A DNA stretch of 64,000 bases from Schmidtea polychroa (lineage: Eukaryota). Positions 56,201 through 64,000 of this stretch are shown one piece after another (position 1 is the stretch's first letter; every line of letters begins with the position of its first letter). The position numbers and the translations under genes were made by a program. A model generated the notes under the pieces. That model was not told where the DNA came from. It saw nothing but the letters and a program-made list of their open reading frames with translations, and did not search any database. The stretch lies in NCBI GenBank assembly GCA_044892525.1, contig CM097885.1, positions 126,542,001 through 126,606,000 of the forward strand, given 5' to 3'.

Positions 56201-59200
56201 ACAATAATATAATTTAACAATATAAATAACATTCTAAAGTGTATGGTATCCATATAAGCATAATTTTCACCTCTTTCTATTACTCAAGATTTGTTTTTTA
56301 ATATTCTGAATCTCCAATTCAAATACATTACTTAGGTCGTCAATGTTAGACGATATTGTCACATATGACTCGTGTTTTAAATAAATCCATTTTAAAACTG
56401 ACAAGTCCTAATTTCTTGTGAACGAGTTTATTTTCCAATGACACGATTTGTGAAAGTATTTTTGAAGACTTCCCGGGTCACTTTGGCTGTGGAGAGACGC
56501 AATATTTTACATCAGAATAGTTTTGCTGACAACTCATTTCGCTTATAACTGTGGCATAAATAATATGAAATTTGTAATTATTTTTAAACCATTCATTTCT
56601 TGCCATGTATTTCTTTTTTAAATGTTTTAGTCTATTTTTAAATCATTATTATAATATTCTCGATTCAACTTCAATTTCATTAAAAAATTACATTAAAACT
56701 CTTTCAAATAAATGAAAAATTTGTAATCTTTGTTAACTGTTTCATTTGGATTACTGGATTGCTGTAAATAACTTACGGGCGTTTTCAGAATGTTTTCAAA
56801 ACACATGTATTATTTTTCCTTTTCACTATTTGTTAGATATCAAAGAATAACATCTTAAGGAGGAACTTTGTCAAGAATGCAACGATTTAATTATCTTTAT
56901 ATAATTAAGTTCCTTATCTACATAAAAAGAATGATTTGTTAAAACATAAATGCAACCATTTAATTCTTCAGTGTGATGATTTATGGTGATTTATGGGCAT
57001 TTATTTATTTATTGATTTTTGTTAGATCAGAAAGAGTAGAAAGAGAAAATGGTGGATGGAACTGCTATTGATGACGTGATTTTCTTTCTTTAAGTTAACC
57101 CTTTCAAATGATCGTTTTTAAAAAAAGTGTCTAAATTTTTCAGGTTTAGATATCTTTCTTGTTTAATGCACTTATTTAAAATAAAATTTAAATTTAAACA
57201 AAATTTATTATAAAAATTATTCGAACTATGGGTCTAATGCAACGAGCATAATATTGGTTTAATTTCTATTGAATTTTCAAGAATTTTAATGAATTTTAGT
57301 TGGAATGTGTACATAATTAATTGTCAAGTCTATGTTCTTATTCCTCAGTAATAAATATATTATGTATTTTAGCAGCACAAGTCTGCAAAGAAGTGAAGAT
57401 TCCGATAGATTGCAAGAGAAATCAGATTTTTCTCAAAGGACTATTTTTAATTTTCAAGGGTACATAATCTTTTAAATTACTGTCAGATTTCACTTAACAA
57501 TAGGAAAGTTAAAAAGCTTCACAAAAATGTCAAAAGTGCATTAACTGCAATGAGCCGAGCAAAAAGTAAATTTTTATTATATATTTATTTCTTTGTAACT
57601 TTTTCAAAATGAATTAGTAACATGAATTGTAGAAAATCATTTTCAAATATAAACATGAATTCCATGAAACTAATATAAACTTATTTCGAAGATATTTTAG
57701 AATTTTATTACCAGTCAATTATTAGAAATAAACAATTTTCTTGTTATCTACAAATATAAAATGTTTTTAAATAAGTAAAATCACTTTATTTCCAGAGTCC
57801 TCAAAAATGATTATTGCACAATAACTGGGATAAACAATCCTCGATCCATGGGGTAAAAGTATAATTTTAAACCTTATCGTAATGAATATCTTTTAGGTTT
57901 TGGCGGATAAGATCACAAAATGCCATATACACAGTAAATTTGCTAATTCATTCATTAAGTTAACAAATTATACTTTTACCCCACGGATCGAGGATTTTTT
58001 AATTGCTTTTCACAATTGATCTTTTTTTATAATTTAAATTTCCTTTACATTAATTTCTTATTAGCCTATAAATCAATATTGCAGATATAAAAACATTGAT
58101 TTATAATTTGATAAGAAATGATAAAAAGAAATAAATCTGAGACAATATTGTTTTGTAATTATTGGGTAAATATTTTTTCCGATGAATATATTTGTTAGGT
58201 TCGCATGGTGAGTCTACGCCTAACACAGATTAATAATTACAATTTTTCTGACTCCAAAATTTATTGAATGTATATGCGCGCGTAAATTTAACTTCAACAA
58301 AATAAATAACACAGTATGTTTTAAAAATATTTATTTATATTATTACAAAATTATACAAAGAAAAATCTGTAAAATCCAACTACTATGTGTTGCTCGTTAA
58401 AGTAAAGAAATCGTTTGTTTCAAACCGCACTAAAGAGTTATTTCTAAGAAATCTAGGCTGACCCTAATTTGCGTCAACAGCCCAATATAGGCGTCAAAGA
58501 TAAGATAAGGGTTCTTACCAGTGAGTTTAACACAATAGTAGTAATCCAGAAATTGACTAGTCCTTTTCCTAACTGATCCATTTTTGAAGTTTAAATCGAG
58601 TAAAACATTAAAAAGGTACTGGTACTCGTGTATGATTATTTAATTTAATTTAATCCATTAACTATTGCGTATTCGTTGATTAATAATTCCTTCGATTATC
58701 TTCCAAATGATCGAATAACTAGAAATATTTTCAGGAAGTAACAAATCAGTAAAATGATTTTGTTGCTATTGTATCAAGTTCAATAAAATTTACAATAGAC
58801 TAAATTCTATTAGATTGAGATTTCAATAGACTAAAATTTCAATGTGTGGAAATGTTATCTGTCCAAAAATCGCTATTAAAATTCCGTTAAATTATTGTCG
58901 ACCATTTTTTGAATAACAATCGATACTTAATAATTCGGGGAATTTCCGATAGTATATTTAAATAATAAATAAATTATCAGTTTTGAGCAATTACTATAAC
59001 TAATTACATTGTGAAATAACAAATTGAAGGTTTTAGCGAAGTAATAATTAGATTTTTGTATACAAATATTTTTAATTAAAAAAAGGAAACCATATAAATA
59101 TATAAATTTAAGGTAAGAAGTTGTTTTATTATAAATATTGTTTTTAAAATAATTTTAATTAAAAAAATAGAAACCTTTTACCCACAAAATGAGTAAAATT

Positions 59201-61698
59201 GACCAGTTAGATATGTCTTGAATCACTTTCATGCAAAGGTTCGGCGACTATTGGTCTACGTAGGCATCTTGAAGGTGTACATGAGTACAAAAGAGATGAA
59301 AAAAATTATGGTCCAAGTACCTCAAAAAATGCAAAAAGGGTACGGTGAAAATCCAATAATTGAATCTTTCTTAAAATGACGAAATATAGATGAATTAGTT
59401 TCAAAGTTAGCAGCTGTTGATGGAATATCTTTTCACAGAATTACTAAAATTGAAATGAGAAATATGTGTTTTCTTTTCTCGAGACATTAAAAAGGGTGAG
59501 AAATGTGAAACACTAATCCAGTATAATGTTTCTTTGTAAACTGAAACATTGCCCAGAAAATTAGTCTTTTTTAAATTGGGATTGCTGGGTAAAACCTTTT
59601 TTGACATCAGTTGGTTTATAGCTCAAAAACTTTCCTATGAAACTTATTTTCCTTTATGAAATACTTTTCGGTTTGACATTGTAATTTTATAGAAAGTTCA
59701 TAAGAGTTTGGTCTTAATTTTCACCTGTAATTAAATTTTAAACTTCTTAAGTTTATCGTTTGTTCTTAAGTCATCTTATAAGTTGGAATGACCATTTACA
59801 AATTTAGAATTAATTTTCATCCTTTCTGTTACCTAAAAACAGAATGTTTATCCCTGACACCGTTTCATATTTAATTTTATTAAGAAATAATTATAATTAA
59901 TGAACAAAAAGCACGAGATTTCTTGGACAATATAATAAACGGAATGAAAGCTTCTGGAATAACATGGAGACTTTAAAAAATTAGTTGCATCTATTGTAAA
60001 TAACTTTGCTGAATTAAAATCTTTTCTTTCTACTACTTAGTTTCGGATTATTTTTCATTCAATCGTAATATTTCAAAAAAAATTAAAAACAAGTTTATTT
60101 TAGGAAAATTCTCAATGGAAAGGAATATTAACAAATTTGCAAATACATTACAAATATTTAGGTTGCAATCATTTCATTTTTAATAAATAACATACTTTAT
60201 TCGTGTTTATACATTGTTTATTGCATACATATCTTTCCTACAATAGTCGAGTTTTCGCTCCTTTTCCACAACAAAATTAATGTCTCCTGTAAATTTTGTT
60301 GTGTAATTATTTATTGATTTAATTTAATAGTCCTCAAAATAACACCAAAGACTTGGGCTCATAATAATTTGACAATTTTGCATTGAAAAAATTCTTTGTA
60401 ACTAAAATATAGAAAAATGTAAACATTCTGTTTACCATTTATTACTTTTTAAAACAAACTTTTTGATATTAATGATAACGGATATTTAATAAATTTCAAT
60501 TAATTGTCATTCTGAATAAAATCATCGTGATATGTGTGGTCCTATTCACTATTTGATTAATAAATTAAGACCATTGTTTTTTAACCTCTGGTTTATGGAC
60601 CACTTCCGGTCCTCAAAAATATGCTGAAATTATACCTGTACTTATACAAATAAATAATTATTTATTTTCAATTTTTAAAACTGTCATGAAACCCGTCTAA
60701 CACAAACTCTGTTTTCGTAAAATCTGGCTTAATAAACTTTTTTTCTCAGATCCCACCTCAATATCAGTTCATTAAATACTGCACAGTGAAACACGTTTAA
60801 CACGAAACTAGGTTAATGCAAACATGTTTTGTTTGGCACTTTTATTTCGCGCTAATCGAGTTTCACTGTATAAATGTGTGGCGATTTTTTATATAGCGTT
60901 TATGATGTCTCATTTAATTTCACACCTTTTGATAATTTGTTTTCCCAGTTTTTTCATCTACTAGTAGAAATTAGTAGTCCATATAAATTTATCCGGTATT
61001 TTACAGGTCAGCGATAAGAAACTCTGATTTAGATCTCATCAATATCACCCATATCCATAGTTTATCTCGATTTTCTGTCTGGCTTTCTATTTAAAATTTT
61101 TATTCTTTTATTGAGTTGATTGAAGTTGATATTATTTGTACTTCAACTCTCTATCTGGTGAAATGTCTCCAATATTTATTAGCGTATTTTAATCGATGCC
61201 TATTGGCTTAATTCTTGATCTCATTGTTATTGATCTGTTACAATTGACACGAGCTTATTTTAACGGAAACACTTTATAGTATAATATCATTTTGTACTTT
61301 ATAAAACATTCAAATATTACATAAACATCAATATTTATCTATGTATTTGCAATTAGTTTTCAATCAAGACGAAGAATCTTCAAGTGAAGATGAAGAATTT
61401 GTCGGAAATCGAGGCATTAGAGTAACTTTTTCAATATTCTAGTTTCATTTAATCACATTTATCTAATATTTTGTTTCCTTAGTTACGGTCTTCTAGGCGA
61501 ATGAAAGGTCGCCGAGATTTTTTACAGATTAAGCTAGTACAGGAAATGAAAGATGAGCATACAGTAAATTTTTAAAATAATATTAATACTAATAAAAATT
61601 GCCAATTGCATTTTTATACAATTAAGATTGCATTAATAAATATTATTTTTCAGGGTGCCATCTGGGCAATGAGGTTTTCTCCTTGTGGAAAGTTACTG
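47279..61698 (+). CDS. WDR44: WD repeat protein 44 (rabphilin-11), 5' multi-exon portion; gene continues beyond the last exon identified
   Basis: Exon 1 MSSDEDEFFDAP (47279-47358). Exons 61357-61421, 61483-61563 and 61654-61698 give FNQDEESSSEDEE...KGRRDFLQIKLVQEMKDEHT|GAIWAMRFSPCGKLL, matching the WDR44 segment before the first WD40. Middle exons (47401-47914, ~47971-48093, ~57373-57565) are only partly resolved, and linkage of the 5' and 3' exons is inferred. Confidence 0.82.
48479..48928 (-). other. Uncharacterised 149-codon open frame antisense within a WDR44 intron
   Basis: Long ORF in very AT-rich DNA; its 3' part is duplicated at ~56566-56808. Confidence 0.3.
51153..51370. mobile_element. 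pogo/Tigger-like MITE
   Basis: 26-bp TIR C(C/T)GTATATACT(C/A)GCGTATAAGTCGAG flanked by TA. Confidence 0.88.
52799..53064. mobile_element. piggyBac-like MITE
   Basis: TTAA on both sides; imperfect TIR CCACTTCGCTCC / GCAGAGAAGGGG. Confidence 0.6.
54200..54620 (-). pseudogene. pogo-family DDE transposase remnant
   Basis: Minus-strand translation gives FDSHK...LLPRTTVYLQPLDVLVNSVFKSSMK with stops (QPLD motif of pogo DDE_1). Confidence 0.65.
55376..55713. mobile_element. Tigger-like MITE spanning an assembly gap (N at 55492-55628)
   Basis: TA|CACCCATACCTAGCTATACGGCC ... GGCCGTAAAGCGAGGTATGGGTG|TA. Confidence 0.7.
57836..57996. repeat. Short foldback element with 32-bp inverted arms
   Basis: AATCCTCGATCCATGGGGTAAAAGTATAATTT / AAATTATACTTTTACCCCACGGATCGAGGATT. 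Confidence 0.75.
59230..59470 (+). pseudogene. hAT/BED-finger transposase remnant
   Basis: CKGSATIGLRRHLEGVH (end of a BED finger), then DELVSKLAAVDGISFHRI, with stops. Confidence 0.5.
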
Positions 61699-61986
61699 GT
61701 TTGTTATTTAGCTATTACTTTTTTAATATTACAATTTCAAAGTTATTTTTACCTGCAAAATATGATTGAATTTTTAATTATAGAAATTCTGTCCTTTTAC
61801 TTATTAAAATAAATCAAATATGTTACTATTGAAAATTTTAATTTTAAATAAAATTTTCTAATTCTGATTAAAAAATCTTTTTCAAATTTTGCTAAAATTA
61901 CACTTCAATCAACAGTTGATTTCAAGATAACATCGATAACTTAGAATATTTTTTAATATTAATACTGAATTAATATTTATAATATA

Positions 61987-62482
61987 CTAACTTTATTGCC
62001 CGGCTTTGCACGGGAAAGTTGAAAAAGAACGTGCTCCACGGTCTGAGAGATATTGTGATCGTTGAATGAATGAATGAATGTTTCGGATTTATTTTTTATA
62101 GGTATAGATTTAAGAAAAATTGTCTTTGGCTGGCGGCTTTGGCATCAAAGATTTGTCCATGTAAATTTTCAACGTTCTAGTTGTAGTAATTTGGGCTGCG
62201 CGAAAAGGAAAATATGGCAAACACACTCACACACCCCCAAACATATGGGTTTTATAGTTTAGAAGATATATTTAGAGTTTTATAGTTTTAAGTATTGAGC
62301 AATTTTTATAATTTTTAAATCATCTTCTTCCACTTCCATTTTTAACAAAAAACTAACACAGTACAATTGGTAGAAATATAAACACTAACTGAACACTTCA
62401 AAGCTAATTACTCCAGAATCACTCACTTTGAATTTTAATGCCAAATACATTCGCAAACATATTCAGAGTTTTATAGTTTAGA
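61987..62482 (-). mobile_element. Non-autonomous Helitron-like element
   Basis: Minus strand A|TC...CCCGTGCAAAGCCGGG hairpin...TTAG|T; internal (GAAT)n microsatellite; no TSD. Confidence 0.55.
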
Positions 62483-62920
62483 TTTAAAATATAACATTTT
62501 CATTTTTAAACCAGAAGTTGACAAATATGGCCAGATGCCAATGTGTAGTCCATATGATAATCAATGTGACCGTCACAATCGAATTCATTATTATAAATAA
62601 AGTGTGTCAATGAAATACACGCCTGATAATGGCTGTGCCGAAATATTGTGTACCTTATATATTGTTTTGATCTAGTTTTACAAACATTAATATGAAAATT
62701 ATTGAATTAAATATAATTGATCTATACAATATATAAAATATATGTTGATTTATAGTAAGAAAAGTAATGAAGATAAAAGAAATTGAGAATGTAAACAGGT
62801 CAATCGTGAAAAAGATTTAAAAAAATTACTGATGTAGCACAGACCAATATTTATGAGCACAAATAAATACTATATGAATAAAATAGGCATATCTGATTTT
62901 AAAATTTTATTAAAATTTTT

Positions 62921-63947
62921 GGATCATAAGTCAAATTTCCCCCCTTTTTGATCAATGGTCAAATTTCTCACAATAAAAGAATAATAAATAATTAAATAAT
63001 TTAATTAATTCAATGACAAACAAAAAAAAATTAATTAAATAATTTAATTAATTCAATAACTTTTTGAAAGTTTTTTTGACAAACATTATCCCACCAATTA
63101 AACATCGCTAAATATTCACTTAATTTTTTACCTCTTATGCCCTTCATTGTTTTTTGACGTTGCTTTTATAAGCACGCCATTCGTCGATGTGAATAATTGA
63201 TCCAGGAATTACATGTTGTTGTATAATAGGCAATAGTGTTTGAGAAGATCGATTAGGAACAACAAACATTAGACCTTTTGCAGGCACATAACTAGAATCC
63301 ACAATTCCAAACACCCAGATCTCATGATCCGTTGCTCTTCCTCTGTGGTATTTTGGTTTATGCCTGAACATTGATTCATCAAGATTAATAATATGTCCAG
63401 GACCACCAATCATTTCAATATTTTCCACATAATAATCATGGCATAAACCACGCAATTTTCCATATAATTTATATAATACCTTTTCTGCACAATCAAGTTC
63501 CGATAGAAAGGTTGAACAACATACTTCTTGAGAAAATTTCCAAAAAATTTTTAAAATATCCTTAAAGGTGATGTTAAAATTGTCCAAAAAACTTTCTGTT
63601 CTAACAGATTTTGTAGTTTTATATTTTGAACAATCTTTCTTTGAACAAAATAAATCTACCATCTTTTACTTTTTTACAAATCCTCACCTTCATTCTTTCA
63701 TTACAGTAATTACATTTTATTTCTCTTTTCAAAATGCCAATATTCAGCAAAAATTCATATTGGATATCAACATTACCAACTATTATTTGTTCCAGTATTT
63801 CAGTGTAAAAATTTTGCATTGAAAGGATTAAAAAATAGGAATTATAAAAATACAATCAATATTTTTAAATTTATTAAATTAATAAAATTTATTTAATTAA
63901 AATCAATGGTCAAATTTCCCCCTGGGGGGAAATTTGACTTATGATCC
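62921..63947 (-). mobile_element. Merlin (IS1595/ISXO2-like) DNA transposon with a frameshifted, truncated transposase
   Basis: TIR GGATCATAAGTCAAATTTCCCCC; 8-bp TSD AAATTTTT; ORFs 63619-63855 (CNYC zinc ribbon) and 63144-63662 (IGGPGHIINLDES, WVFGIVD, IHIDEWRAY). Confidence 0.9.
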
Positions 63948-64000
63948 AAATTTTTTAATACTTATTTTGCACGTGTTGATAAAATAGTTGGATTTGATAA

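Noticed and set aside
60784-60868. Tiny CAGTGAAAC/GTTTCACTG inverted-repeat element
   Set aside because: Only a 9-bp TIR and the left TA target is missing; too weak to list as a feature

Overview
AT-rich eukaryotic (metazoan) DNA with short GT-AG introns. A planarian-type flatworm host is my inference. Positions 1-31493 hold one giant (>31 kb) Ty3/Gypsy LTR retroelement on the minus strand, resembling planarian Burro elements. It has a 5.8-kb 5' LTR (25659-31493, TGTTGGCG...CGCCAACA), a tRNA-Pro PBS, and a partial, apparently identical 3' LTR (1-3859). The gene order is unusual. A RING ORF precedes a 1593-aa Gag carrying 3 CCHC knuckles, 3 ubiquitin-like domains and a C-terminal Bcl-2-like domain. 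One in-frame UGA then separates Gag from a 3021-aa polyprotein: chuvirus-like envelope glycoprotein, PR-RT-RNaseH-IN, ankyrin repeats and a second membrane module. Downstream lies an operon-like run of accessory genes, including a full-length intronless TRAF, whose spacers are packed with sense-strand UGUAHAUA (Pumilio-type) motifs. The LTR itself appears to carry a spliced, transactivator-like gene. The host half contains intronless NADSYN1, a gene of four tandem ET/AHD-like domains on symmetric phase-1 exons, the 5' part of WDR44, a diverged relic of a related LTR, and many DNA-transposon remnants (hAT, piggyBac, pogo/Tigger, Merlin, Helitron). All domain calls are motif recognition by eye; no database searches were run.
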